A stretch of 64,000 nt of DNA from an uncultured Candidatus Saccharibacteria bacterium (GCA_964635195.1 CAZWNC010000001.1:1312-65311), one strand, 5' to 3'. Positions 37,597-48,029 are shown, counted from the stretch's first letter. Notes: generated by a model not told the origin, from the letters alone. A program made the numbers and translations.

Positions 37597-38775
37597 ATGT
37601 CACCGATTACCTTTGAAATTCTCGCGCGCTCAAAGCATTCAAAAGCGCGTGCGGGCAGTATTCACACTCCGCACGGTAGCATCAAAACGCCTGCTTTTGT
37701 GGCGGTTGGCACCAAAGCTACGGTCAAAGGCGTGACCGTAGACCTGCTCCGTGGTACGGGAGTGCAAACACTCATCGCGAACACGTATCATCTACACCTG
37801 CAACCGGGAAGCCCGCTCGTGCGCGACATCGGCGGTGTGCACGCATTTATGGGTTGGGATGGGCCCATTCTTACCGATTCGGGTGGTTTTCAGGTATTCT
37901 CACTCGGGGCTGCATACGGCAAAACGGTATCCAAGGTGTCGCGCGAGGACTTGGATGCGAACACTCGAACCACGAGTGTGTATGATCCGGACATTGCGTC
38001 TTCACATGGCAAGCTCGCACAAATTGACGAAGAAGGGGTGAGCTTCACGTCGCACATAGATGGTTCGTTGCACCGCTTCACTCCCGAGCGGAGTGTTGAG
38101 ATACAGCACGAGCTTGGCGCGGATATATTTTTTGCGTTCGACGAATGTACCGGCGCTGAGGCGGATCATGCCTACCAAAAGGAAGCGATGGAGCGCACAC
38201 ATCGGTGGGCGGAACGTTCCTTGCGCGCACATCGTCAGAATATTGAAGCCGGCACTCGACAAGGTATCTTTGGTATTGTGCAAGGTGGTAGGTTTGAAGA
38301 TTTGCGTCGTGAGAGTGCGCGAACACTCGCGCACATGGATTTCGATGGGTACGGTATCGGGGGGAGTTATCAAAAACTCGATCTCGATACGGCGGTAGGG
38401 TGGGTGACGGATGAACTGCCCTACGAGAAACCGCGACACTTATTGGGAATCGGTGAGCCGGAAGATCTGCTGCGCGGGGTCGAGCAGGGTATTGACCTGT
38501 TTGACTGTGTACAACCCACTCGTCTCGCTCGTACAGGTACGGTGTACGGGCCAAACGGTGTGAAGATGTCACTGACGAACGAACAGTACACGAGGGACTT
38601 CTCGCCCATTGCTAGTGATTGTGAGTGTATGACATGTGCGGTCTACACTCGTGCGTACCTGCGGCATCTATTCATCGCACACGAGATGCTTGGTGCCACA
38701 CTCGCGAGTGTGCACAATCTGCACTTTCTTGCGAGACTGGTGGAACGAGAACGAGAACGGATTTTGAACGAGTAG
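37597..38775 (+). CDS. tgt: tRNA-guanine transglycosylase
   Basis: ANTYHL, TDSGGFQVFSL, FDEC, GIVQGG, DLFDCV, CECMTC, HNL. Confidence 0.97.
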   Translation: MSPITFEILARSKHSKARAGSIHTPHGSIKTPAFVAVGTKATVKGVTVDLLRGTGVQTLIANTYHLHLQPGSPLVRDIGGVHAFMGWDGPILTDSGGFQVFSLGAAYGKTVSKVSREDLDANTRTTSVYDPDIASSHGKLAQIDEEGVSFTSHIDGSLHRFTPERSVEIQHELGADIFFAFDECTGAEADHAYQKEAMERTHRWAERSLRAHRQNIEAGTRQGIFGIVQGGRFEDLRRESARTLAHMDFDGYGIGGSYQKLDLDTAVGWVTDELPYEKPRHLLGIGEPEDLLRGVEQGIDLFDCVQPTRLARTGTVYGPNGVKMSLTNEQYTRDFSPIASDCECMTCAVYTRAYLRHLFIAHEMLGATLASVHNLHFLARLVERERERILNE

Positions 38776-38849
38776 AGTGGCTTTGATACGTATCAAAGTT
38801 CCGCCACGAAACTACCATTCTTATGAAAAATGTGGTATAATATTACCTT

Positions 38850-40904
38850 ATGTCACGCACACCAACGAAAGGTTCATTTGACCTGCATGCTCCGTTTACG
38901 CCCGCCGGTGACCAACCGGAAGCGATACACGCGCTTGTGGAAGGTGTGCGAGCAGGTCTTCGTCACCAGACCCTTTTTGGAGCGACCGGTACCGGCAAGA
39001 CCTATACGGTGGCGAATGTGATAGCACAGGTACAGCAGCCCACCTTAGTAATCGCACACAATAAAACCCTCGCAGCACAGCTTGCGCAGGAGTATCGCGA
39101 GTTTTTTCCAAATAATGCGGTACACTACTTCGTTTCCTACTATGATTTTTACCAACCGGAAGCCTACATGCCGGTATCGGACACGTATATAGAAAAGGAG
39201 GCGATGGTGAACGCGGAAATCGAACGATTGCGACATGCGTCGACTCAGGCGCTCCTGACGCGACGCGACGTGATCGTTGTTGCTTCGGTGTCTTGCATTT
39301 ACGGTCTCGGGAGTCCCAAGGAATACGAGAAGGTGCACCTACGGTTGGAACGTGGTGCCACACTCGACCGCACGACGTTCATTCGTGAACTTGTCCGCAT
39401 TCATTTCTCGCGCACGAGTGCAGATCTTGAGCCCGGCCTGTTTCGCGCGCGCGGTAATCAGGTTGAGGTCATGCCAACGAACGAGCGTGTAATCTATCGG
39501 TTCGGGTTTACGGGTGACTCACTCGGGGTCATCGAAGAGATTGATGCGATATCGCGAGTCATTCGATGTGAGCATGATACGTTATTCCTTTTTCCCGCAA
39601 AACATTTCGTTACTTCACCGGAAGATGCGAAACGAGCGTTTCTCGACATACGGAAGGAGCTTACTGTGCGATTGAAAGAATTTAAAGCTCGTGGCAAAGT
39701 GCTCGAGCACGAGCGGTTAAAGCGACGCGCAGAACATGATCTCGCACTCATCCGTGAGATCGGGTACTGTAACGGTATCGAAAATTACTCACGTCACTTC
39801 GACGGACGTAAAGCAGGCGAGCCGTCACACACATTGCTTTCGTATTTTCCGCACCTATCCGATGGTACTCCCGACTTTCTTACCGTAATCGATGAATCAC
39901 ACGTGACCGTACCGCAGCTCTCAGGTATGTATGCGGGAGATCGAGCTCGAAAGGAAACACTGGTTGAACACGGTTTCCGACTTCCTTCAGCGCTCGACAA
40001 CCGACCTCTCATGTTCGATGAGTTTTGTGAACGGGTGGGGCAAGTGGTGTATACAAGTGCGACACCGGCTGCGTATGAACGCACTCTTTCCACTCCACCT
40101 GCAGGTAAGACGGTCGAACAGATCATCCGTCCGACCGGACTTTTAGACCCGGAAATCATTATTCGTCCTATTGTGGGTCATGCAAGGTACAAGGGGCAGG
40201 TCTATGATTTTATCATGGAGGCGCAACGTGTGGCGAAGGTTGGAGAGCGTGCGCTCGTCACCACGCTTACAAAGAAAATGGCGGAGGATCTCTCCGGCTT
40301 TCTACGTGACAAGGGTTTGGCGGCGGAATACTTACACAGTGACGTTAAGACGATCGATCGTATCGAGATACTGACGAAGTTTCGTAAGGGTGATTTTGAT
40401 GTGTTGGTGGGAGTCAACTTGTTGCGAGAGGGATTGGATCTCCCGGAGGTGTCGTTAGTGGGGATTTTGGATGCTGATAAAGAAGGATTTTTGCGCTCAG
40501 AGACAGCGCTCATTCAGACTATAGGGAGGGCTGCACGAAATGTAAACGGTAAAGTGTTGCTGTATGCAGACGCCATTACCGACTCGATGCGACGTGCAAT
40601 CGACGAAACGGAGCGTCGTCGGGTCGTACAACAATCGTACAACACAAAGCATAACATTACTCCAACCACGATACGTAAGGCCATCAAGGATATTACCGAA
40701 TCATTACGCAATGAGCATCAAAAGGCGGTGCACACACTTCTCGCAGTCGATCGTGCGCGGTACGAAAAAGCTCCCGACGCTCTTATAAAAGAGAAGCGAA
40801 TACACATGCAGAATGCCGTTAAACGTCTCGACTTTGAGACTGCTGCCATCTTGCGAGATGAAATACGGGCGCTCGAATCAATGCAACGTGAGTCTACTAC
40901 TTGA
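38850..40904 (+). CDS. uvrB: excinuclease ABC subunit B
   Basis: GATGTGKT, HNKTLAAQL, YYDFYQPEAY, DESHVT, GVNLLREGLD, QTIGRAARN. Confidence 0.99.
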   Translation: MSRTPTKGSFDLHAPFTPAGDQPEAIHALVEGVRAGLRHQTLFGATGTGKTYTVANVIAQVQQPTLVIAHNKTLAAQLAQEYREFFPNNAVHYFVSYYDFYQPEAYMPVSDTYIEKEAMVNAEIERLRHASTQALLTRRDVIVVASVSCIYGLGSPKEYEKVHLRLERGATLDRTTFIRELVRIHFSRTSADLEPGLFRARGNQVEVMPTNERVIYRFGFTGDSLGVIEEIDAISRVIRCEHDTLFLFPAKHFVTSPEDAKRAFLDIRKELTVRLKEFKARGKVLEHERLKRRAEHDLALIREIGYCNGIENYSRHFDGRKAGEPSHTLLSYFPHLSDGTPDFLTVIDESHVTVPQLSGMYAGDRARKETLVEHGFRLPSALDNRPLMFDEFCERVGQVVYTSATPAAYERTLSTPPAGKTVEQIIRPTGLLDPEIIIRPIVGHARYKGQVYDFIMEAQRVAKVGERALVTTLTKKMAEDLSGFLRDKGLAAEYLHSDVKTIDRIEILTKFRKGDFDVLVGVNLLREGLDLPEVSLVGILDADKEGFLRSETALIQTIGRAARNVNGKVLLYADAITDSMRRAIDETERRRVVQQSYNTKHNITPTTIRKAIKDITESLRNEHQKAVHTLLAVDRARYEKAPDALIKEKRIHMQNAVKRLDFETAAILRDEIRALESMQRESTT

Positions 40905-41091
40905 ACTTAAGGTGTACGAGCGAAAAGTAGGCCATGATGAACGAAAGTCCGCAGAATGCCCACAATGCGAAGTTTGGAACGGTGGTTCCCGAGAGAATGA
41001 CCGAATCGGTTTGTGTGGCGAGTGTTCCGAGTCCAATCGCACACAGCATGTAAATAATCGCGGAGGCAATCGAGAAGAACGGTTGGCGCAT
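40897..41091 (-). CDS. small two-TM membrane protein
   Basis: About 64 aa with two hydrophobic segments; fills the uvrB-uvrA gap. Confidence 0.6.
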   Translation of the reverse strand: MRQPFFSIASAIIYMLCAIGLGTLATQTDSVILSGTTVPNFALWAFCGLSFIMAYFSLVHLKFK

Positions 41092-41282
41092 GCGGATCAT
41101 AGTGTATGTGTTTATAGTAAGGCTACCGTTTTTGTGACGTGTAGCACAGTCGAGCTTATTTCTTATTTCTGTATCGTATCGTATTCACCCCCGTGCGGGT
41201 ATGGTTGGAGTGTGGATAAGAGAATGGTACACTCGTCCGTGCGGATTATAGTTATATCGAGCACGCTTCCGCCCAGTAACGT

Positions 41283-43871
41283 ATGCAAGACACTATTATC
41301 GTAAAGGGTGCACGCACGCACAATCTTCGAAACGTGACCGTTGAGCTACCACGCAACGCGATGGTGGTGTTTACTGGTTTGTCCGGGTCTGGCAAATCGT
41401 CCCTCGCGTTCGATACCATTTTTGCAGAAGGGCAGCGACGCTATGTTGAATCACTTTCTGCGTATGCACGACAGTTTCTGAACCAAATGCAAAAGCCGGA
41501 TGTTGACGAAATAACGGGACTTTCTCCGGCCATATCGATTGATCAAAAGTCACGTTCGAATAATCCTCGTTCGACGGTCGCGACCATTACCGAGATATAC
41601 GATTATCTTCGCATCTTGTACGCACGTGTGGGGACCGCATACTGTGTCGGATGCAGTAAGCCGGTTCGGAAACTTTCTCGGGAGGAGATGCAACGAGTGG
41701 TATTTGATGCGGTGCAGAGCGGAACGGCAAAGAATAAAAAAGAGGTGCTTGGAGTTTCCTACGATGATGGCAAGGTTCGACTCTGGTCACCTGTTGTTGT
41801 GGGGCGAAAGGGAGAGTACTACCAGCTGCTTTACGATCTCTTGGGAAAGGGGTATGAGCGTGTAAAGATTGACGGAGTTGAGTACCCGCTCCGGGAGAAG
41901 ATCGTACTTGCGAAACATGTGCGTCACGCGATCAGCGTACTCGTTGATGAGATTCACGCAAGCGCGTTACGTTCGGGAGAGCGTGATGCACGCGAGCGAC
42001 TCACGGAGGCGATTGAGCTTGCGTTACATGAATCCGACGGCTTGATCGAAATCGAATCACCGGATGGTATCGTACAGACACTTTCCTCGAAGTTCGTGTG
42101 CGCGGCGTGTGGGCTTGCCTTTCCTGAGGTGGAGCCACGTCTTTTTTCATTCAATTCCCCCTATGGGGCATGTGAGGGGTGCAATGGTCTCGGGACAACC
42201 GGTTTTCTGCATGAGGAGGTGTGTACCGTGTGTCACGGTGCTCGTTTGCGTCCTGAAGCACTTCATGTGCTTGTGGGAGGAGGGGTTGGTACGGGAAGGA
42301 ATATCGTAGATTTGACCGCACGATCGATAGATGATGCGCAGTCATTCATCCAAGATCTTGCACTCACGGAAAAAGAACGCGAGATAGCCAAAGTGGTCTT
42401 GAAGGAAATTGAAGCGCGTCTCAGTTTTATGCAAAATGTCGGTATCGAGTACCTCACGTTAGACCGTCGTGCGAATACGCTTTCGGGTGGGGAAGCGCAG
42501 CGTATTCGACTTGCAAGCCAGCTTGGGAGCGGTCTCGTGGGAGCACTCTATGTCCTGGACGAGCCGACGATAGGTCTACATCAACGTGACAATGAACGAC
42601 TCATTCGAACACTTACCGCACTTCGTGATCTTGGTAACACCATCATCGTGGTCGAGCATGACGAAGACACTATATTCGCGTCAGACTATCTGGTGGATAT
42701 CGGTCCGGGTGCGGGGATACATGGTGGCAATGTGGTGGTGTCGGGTCGTCTGGATGACCTGATTACGGCGGAAACAAACGCGAGTGGTTCTCGTACGCTC
42801 GCATATCTTCGCGGAGAAGAGGTAATACCTGTTCCTGACAAGCGGCGCGATGAAGATCGTGGGTGGCTTCGAATACGCGGAGGTACCGCCTACAACATTG
42901 CAGAGCTCAATGCCGACATTCCGCTGGGACGTCTCGTGTGTGTCACGGGGGTTTCCGGTTCCGGAAAATCGACCTTCATGTACGAGCTCCTCTTTAAGAA
43001 TCTGCGTGCGCGGCTTGAAAAAGAGCACCGTTCGGTTGAACTTTTCAATATTACCAGCATGACCGGCACCGAGTATCTTTCGCGGGTCGTTTTGATCGAT
43101 CAGTCGCCCATCGGTCGCACCCCAAGAAGTAACCCGGCAACGTACACCGGCGCGTGGTCTTACATTCGTGAACTTTTTGCCGCAGCTGAGGAGTCGCGTG
43201 CGCGCGGATGGAAACCGTCACGGTTCTCTTTCAATGTGGCGCAAAATCGGGGAAGTGGTCGGTGTGAGGCGTGCCAGGGAAATGGAACTATCGCCGTTGA
43301 GATGCATTTCCTACCGACAGTCTACGTGACGTGTGATGTGTGTGATGGCAAACGGTTCACGAAGGATACCCTTGAGGTGCGATACAAAAAGAAGAACGTG
43401 CACGACGTACTGCACCTGTCGGTTGATGCCGCGCTCGACTTTTTCAACGATATCCCGCAGATTTATGATCGACTGAAAACGCTCAGGGATGTCGGCCTCG
43501 GATACTTGGAACTGGGTCAAAGTGCAAACACACTCTCTGGCGGAGAAGCGCAGAGGGTGAAGATTTCAAGCGAACTGTACCGGCCGTATACGCAAAAGAC
43601 CATTTATTTGCTCGATGAGCCGACCATTGGTTTGCACTATGATGATGTTCGACGCTTGATCGATATTCTTCAGGAATTGGTGAAGCGTGGTAACACGGTG
43701 GTCTTGATCGAACACAACATGGATGTTGTCAAGTCATGCGATTGGCTCATTGATATCGGTCCCGATGGAGGAAGTGGAGGGGGTAAAATTGTTGCGAAAG
43801 GTACCCCTGAGCATGTGGCAAAACGTAAGGGCTCGTATACCGGAACCTACTTGAAGAAAGTACTTGGATAG
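41283..43871 (+). CDS. uvrA: excinuclease ABC subunit A
   Basis: GLSGSGKSS, EGQRRY, two LSGGEAQR, GVSGSGKST, zinc-finger CxxC pairs. Confidence 0.99.
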   Translation: MQDTIIVKGARTHNLRNVTVELPRNAMVVFTGLSGSGKSSLAFDTIFAEGQRRYVESLSAYARQFLNQMQKPDVDEITGLSPAISIDQKSRSNNPRSTVATITEIYDYLRILYARVGTAYCVGCSKPVRKLSREEMQRVVFDAVQSGTAKNKKEVLGVSYDDGKVRLWSPVVVGRKGEYYQLLYDLLGKGYERVKIDGVEYPLREKIVLAKHVRHAISVLVDEIHASALRSGERDARERLTEAIELALHESDGLIEIESPDGIVQTLSSKFVCAACGLAFPEVEPRLFSFNSPYGACEGCNGLGTTGFLHEEVCTVCHGARLRPEALHVLVGGGVGTGRNIVDLTARSIDDAQSFIQDLALTEKEREIAKVVLKEIEARLSFMQNVGIEYLTLDRRANTLSGGEAQRIRLASQLGSGLVGALYVLDEPTIGLHQRDNERLIRTLTALRDLGNTIIVVEHDEDTIFASDYLVDIGPGAGIHGGNVVVSGRLDDLITAETNASGSRTLAYLRGEEVIPVPDKRRDEDRGWLRIRGGTAYNIAELNADIPLGRLVCVTGVSGSGKSTFMYELLFKNLRARLEKEHRSVELFNITSMTGTEYLSRVVLIDQSPIGRTPRSNPATYTGAWSYIRELFAAAEESRARGWKPSRFSFNVAQNRGSGRCEACQGNGTIAVEMHFLPTVYVTCDVCDGKRFTKDTLEVRYKKKNVHDVLHLSVDAALDFFNDIPQIYDRLKTLRDVGLGYLELGQSANTLSGGEAQRVKISSELYRPYTQKTIYLLDEPTIGLHYDDVRRLIDILQELVKRGNTVVLIEHNMDVVKSCDWLIDIGPDGGSGGGKIVAKGTPEHVAKRKGSYTGTYLKKVLG

Positions 43872-44000
43872 ACTTGTGTGTTTTGAGCATGGCAGTGAAG
43901 CCCGCTCGGTTGAGTCGGGGTAATTCTGATCGGCATAACCGTTTATTCGACGTCGAAACATGTCCTTGCGGACGTTACATATCTTGGTATCATCATCTCC

Positions 44001-45293
44001 ATGACACGCGATCACTCAAGCATGCGGTCTTTGCCCGACACTCCGGGCGTGTATTTTTTTATCGGCGCACGCCGTGAAGTGCTCTACGTGGGCAAGGCGA
44101 CGTCGCTTTTGGGTCGCGTGCGGAGCTATTTTGCGACAGATCTCGCAACCACTCGTGGCCAGCACATTGTGCATATGGTGGAAGAAGCATTGCGGGTTGA
44201 ATTTCGTGAGACCGACAGTGTGCTTGAGGCACTCATACTCGAGGCGAAATGTATCAAGGAGCTGAAGCCTCGGTATAATACACGTGATAAGGATGACAAG
44301 AGTTGGAACTACGTCGTTATTACCATGCAGGAGTCGTTTCCGAGAGTGCTTTTGGTGCGTGGAAAAGATCTGGAGGCAAAACTTCGTGAATTCGGATCTT
44401 TACTGCAAGGTGGAGCGTTAGATATTCCCTGTTATGGTCCGTTCGTTCATGCGGCGCAACTGAAAGAAGCCCTGAAACTGGTCCGGAAAATCTTTCCGTT
44501 TTACGACTCTGCAGTACCGGTGCAGACACTGCGTGTACGCGATGACAGGAAACTGAGGTTCAATGAATCCATCGGCATATATCCTCGCGAAGGTACGAAT
44601 GAAAAGCAGTACGCTCGAACGATACAACACATACGACTGTTGTTTGATGGGAAGAAGCAACATATTTTACGCTCGCTCGAACGCGATATGCGAACGTACG
44701 CACTCAAGGAGGAGTTTGAAGAAGCTGCGTATTGTAAGCGACAGATATTTGCTCTTCGTCACGTGAACGACGTGTCACTTTTGCGTCGGGATACCGAGGG
44801 AGTTTCGCGAGCGCAACAGGGTGTACGAATCGAGGGGTACGACGTAGCACATTTGCAGGGTGCCGGTATGGTCGGAGTTATGACGGTCGTTGTGGGCGGA
44901 GAAGTACGTACGCGTGAGTACCGCACGTTCAGCATTCGTTCCGTAGAGAAAAGTAATGACACTGCCGCGTTGCGTGAAGTGCTGTTGCGTCGTTTCGGAC
45001 ACCCTGAGTGGGAGTACCCGCGCGCTCTTGTTGTTGATGGGGGCAAAGCGCAGTTGAATACGGCGCGTGCGGTTGTACGTGAGCTCGGTATGGAGATACC
45101 CGTTGTTGCGGTGACCAAAGACGACCATCATCGTCCAAAAGCCCTCTTGGGGCCACTCCCGTGGCGCACGACGTACGCGCATGAGGTGCTTTTGGTGAAT
45201 GCAGAAGCACACCGTTTTTCACTCGCACAACATCGGTCTGCCACTCGACGTGCGCTGGTGAAAGGGAGCACTCGAAAGGGGGTCGATAGGTAA
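44001..45293 (+). CDS. uvrC: UvrC-like excinuclease (short form)
   Basis: PDTPGVY, YVGKA, PRYN..KDDK, UVR domain, RIEGYDVAH, VDGGKAQL, EAHRF; no C-terminal HhH. Start may be 44022. Confidence 0.9.
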   Translation: MTRDHSSMRSLPDTPGVYFFIGARREVLYVGKATSLLGRVRSYFATDLATTRGQHIVHMVEEALRVEFRETDSVLEALILEAKCIKELKPRYNTRDKDDKSWNYVVITMQESFPRVLLVRGKDLEAKLREFGSLLQGGALDIPCYGPFVHAAQLKEALKLVRKIFPFYDSAVPVQTLRVRDDRKLRFNESIGIYPREGTNEKQYARTIQHIRLLFDGKKQHILRSLERDMRTYALKEEFEEAAYCKRQIFALRHVNDVSLLRRDTEGVSRAQQGVRIEGYDVAHLQGAGMVGVMTVVVGGEVRTREYRTFSIRSVEKSNDTAALREVLLRRFGHPEWEYPRALVVDGGKAQLNTARAVVRELGMEIPVVAVTKDDHHRPKALLGPLPWRTTYAHEVLLVNAEAHRFSLAQHRSATRRALVKGSTRKGVDR

Positions 45294-45416
45294 AAGCGGA
45301 CATATATTTTTTTGCGCATCTGGGTTGCGTCTTTCAAAGGACGTTTGCCCCGTTATGCACGTTGTGCAATACGGGCGCGATGGTGTCGTGTCGTCCGTTG
45401 CTGGTATACTATAGGT

Positions 45417-46484
45417 ATGATTAAGCCACGTGTGGGAGTAATGCGCGGCGGTCCATCACCTGAATATGAGGTTTCGCTTAAGACGGGGCGAGCTGTTTTG
45501 CAGCATGTCTCGCGCGAGCGGTACGAGGTACTCGACCTCTTTATCGACCGAATGGGTGTCTGGCACGTGCGGGGCAAACCTGTCGAGCCAGCACGTGCAT
45601 TGAGTCAAGTCGACGTCGTATTCAACGCACTGCATGGCAAGTATGGAGAAGATGGCGCGCTCCAGCGATACATGGACATGCATCGCGTGCGATACACCGG
45701 TTCTGATGCATTAGGGTCGGGTGTCGCGATGCACAAGGGGCTCACCAAGCGTGAGCTTTTCCGACGATTGTTTGATGATGAGAGTCCTGTGCCGACGGCG
45801 GGGTATCGACCGGTGTACGTTCCCCTACCTGCGCGCCCGCATCGTGAGGCAGGTGTGCGTGGGGGTGAGCGAGCACGATTGCTTTTTCCAGCTGACATTG
45901 TCCTTTCGGCGCCTGCCGATGCAGGTGAGCTTGCCGGGGTGTTCGAACGTCTTTCTCCTCCACTCATGGTGAAGCCGATGAACGGTGGCTCGTCATTAGG
46001 TATGAGTGTCGTGCGTTCGCGAGATGAGTTTTTGTACGCAGTGCTCTTTGCGTTTGAAAATGCGGAACAAGTGCTGGTGGAACAGTACGTGCGGGGTAGA
46101 GAAGTGACCGTCGCGGTTTTGGAAGATTTTCGTGGGGAGGAGCAGTATGCTTTCCCACCCGTAGAGGTGGTACCTACCAAAAACTCGTGGTTTGACTATG
46201 AAGAAAAGTATGCAGGTCATGCACGGGAACTGTGTCCGGCGCCAGTGCGACCTGAAACGACTCGGGCACTTCTTGAGCTTGCACGTCACATACACCGGAC
46301 GCTCGGCTTGCGAGACTACTCACGGAGTGACTTCATCCTGGGGCGTGATGGTATCTATTTCCTAGAGGTGAACACACTTCCGGGGCTTACCAACACGTCA
46401 CTCTTGCCGAGGGCGGTCGAATCCGTTGGCGCTACATTGCCCCAATTTGTAGACCACGTGCTGACTCGTGCACTTGCACGATAA
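45417..46484 (+). CDS. ddl: D-alanine--D-alanine ligase
   Basis: GGPSPEYEVS, ALHGKYGEDG, YTGS, KP..GGSS.G, FDYEEKY, SRSDF, LEVNTLPG. Confidence 0.95.
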   Translation: MIKPRVGVMRGGPSPEYEVSLKTGRAVLQHVSRERYEVLDLFIDRMGVWHVRGKPVEPARALSQVDVVFNALHGKYGEDGALQRYMDMHRVRYTGSDALGSGVAMHKGLTKRELFRRLFDDESPVPTAGYRPVYVPLPARPHREAGVRGGERARLLFPADIVLSAPADAGELAGVFERLSPPLMVKPMNGGSSLGMSVVRSRDEFLYAVLFAFENAEQVLVEQYVRGREVTVAVLEDFRGEEQYAFPPVEVVPTKNSWFDYEEKYAGHARELCPAPVRPETTRALLELARHIHRTLGLRDYSRSDFILGRDGIYFLEVNTLPGLTNTSLLPRAVESVGATLPQFVDHVLTRALAR

Positions 46485-46486
46485 AT

Positions 46487-46521
46487 AAAAAACCGCCGTA
46501 CACCATGTTGGTGTACGGCGG
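46487..46521. terminator. terminator between convergent genes
   Basis: A6-CCGCCGTACACCA-TGT-TGGTGTACGGCGG. Confidence 0.75.
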
Positions 46522-46535
46522 CGCGTTACGCATGA

Positions 46536-46955
46536 CTAGAGGTCGCAGTCTCCTTTGCATCCTCCATTTTGGTCGACGTCGACACGGGTGCCGACGTTAA
46601 CAAAAACGGGATTTCCACCACTGGAAGACTCAGACATGGCCTGCGCCTTCATGTGGTCTCCGATGACGCTCGCTGTCGCAACAGGCACAGAGCTCGCCAG
46701 ATTTTGAAGCATGCCCTGTGCAGTGCCGACGTTTGCAGCGCCACCGATATGCTTCACCTGCGTTGAAGCCCCCTCCATTATGATCGCGTAGCGGTCAATA
46801 ACAACTGGCCCGCCGTGTCCCCGTACGCCGTTGTCGACGTAGCAGTGTGTAAGGCGAGTACTTCCCTGCGGGCCGACATCAACGCATTCCGATGTCGGTT
46901 TGATTGCACAACCCACAAGTGCGAGAAGTGCGATGCTGATCAACAATATTTTCAT
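46536..46955 (-). CDS. putative lipoprotein (orphan)
   Basis: MKILLISIALLALVG-C lipobox; SD GGAGG; ends GGCKGDCDL. Confidence 0.75.
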   Translation of the reverse strand: MKILLISIALLALVGCAIKPTSECVDVGPQGSTRLTHCYVDNGVRGHGGPVVIDRYAIIMEGASTQVKHIGGAANVGTAQGMLQNLASSVPVATASVIGDHMKAQAMSESSSGGNPVFVNVGTRVDVDQNGGCKGDCDL

Positions 46956-47512
46956 TTCTTTCCTCCGGTGGTGAATTGGCACTCAAAAAGGTTGCTGTCA
47001 AAGGTTGTTGTCGTTGCGGTACCGCCGACAAACGTCGACCCCACTCCCGCACCTGCACCGCCTACGGTACTGGACCCTTGTTCTTTACCCGTGTCACGGC
47101 AGATCATGCGAGGGTCGCCACCTTTGGCGCGCACAGCGTTTCCGCATGTGCCACTGAAGATTGGGCTACCGTTGATACATGCGAAGCGCTCGTCCGGGTA
47201 TGCTTGTCGGTAGATAGTACCGACACTCCATGTGCCGTCCGCAAAACGAAGTCCGTCGCTCCAGAACCATCCCTGATATGAACAGGTAGCATAGCTTTTT
47301 GTTGCGAGCACTTCACTTGCGTGTGCTCTTGTCCATCCTTGATGGTGGGCGAGGCCTTCGGTAAACGCTTGCGCATACGGTGTATGTTGCAACGTTTGCC
47401 ATGCTTCGTGAGGTGCTCGTCCGTGAGCGTGTTCGAGAAAGGGCTTCAGCTCTCCTCCGGGCGCGTTAGTTGCTCCTCCCGCGAGTAGCACGAGGATGAG
47501 TAAGACATACAT
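46952..47512 (-). CDS. secreted hypothetical protein
   Basis: Signal peptide MYVLLILVLLAGG; SD GGAGG; PIFSGTCGN motif; 4-nt overlap with the next gene. Confidence 0.7.
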   Translation of the reverse strand: MYVLLILVLLAGGATNAPGGELKPFLEHAHGRAPHEAWQTLQHTPYAQAFTEGLAHHQGWTRAHASEVLATKSYATCSYQGWFWSDGLRFADGTWSVGTIYRQAYPDERFACINGSPIFSGTCGNAVRAKGGDPRMICRDTGKEQGSSTVGGAGAGVGSTFVGGTATTTTFDSNLFECQFTTGGKK

Positions 47513-47696
47513 AGTAGTGTCGCCTCCGTGGGTTGTGAATGAATCTCTAAATAGTATAGCACATTTCCCAAAAAAAGCAAATAGCGACATGCTACACATG
47601 CTTGACACATAACCGATACTATGCTAATATCGCATGTGGTGAAGGGCTTGTCGTGTCGACAATCCTTTTGTACTTCCAAAAAAGACGGAGATAGAG

Positions 47697-48029
47697 ATGA
47701 AAAAAATCATTGGTTGCATGCTGTTTGCCATCGCCTTCGCGTTTTTCGCAGGGACTGCGTTCGCCTGTGAGGGCGAGTGTGGTGGAAAGCAGTTCACCAA
47801 ACTGAGCGTCAAGTCGGTCGCATTGGCTGAGTCGCTGAATGGCGGGTATGCCGCCGTGAACGTCTATGGAGTTGGCGATTTGCACGTCGACCTGCCCAAC
47901 GGACATGGAACAGCGGGGGGTCACATCGAGGGCGAAGCCTGGGACGAGGGTCTCGGCAAAGCCGGCGCTGGCTTCGGCGGCGCAATCGAGATCGATTTTG
48001 GTAGTTGCCTCTCGGGTTGTGACGAGTAG
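47697..48029 (+). CDS. secreted Gly-rich protein with CxxxC at both mature ends
   Basis: Signal peptide ending AFA; mature CEGEC...GSCLSGCDE; terminator at 48079-48107. Confidence 0.75.
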   Translation: MKKIIGCMLFAIAFAFFAGTAFACEGECGGKQFTKLSVKSVALAESLNGGYAAVNVYGVGDLHVDLPNGHGTAGGHIEGEAWDEGLGKAGAGFGGAIEIDFGSCLSGCDE

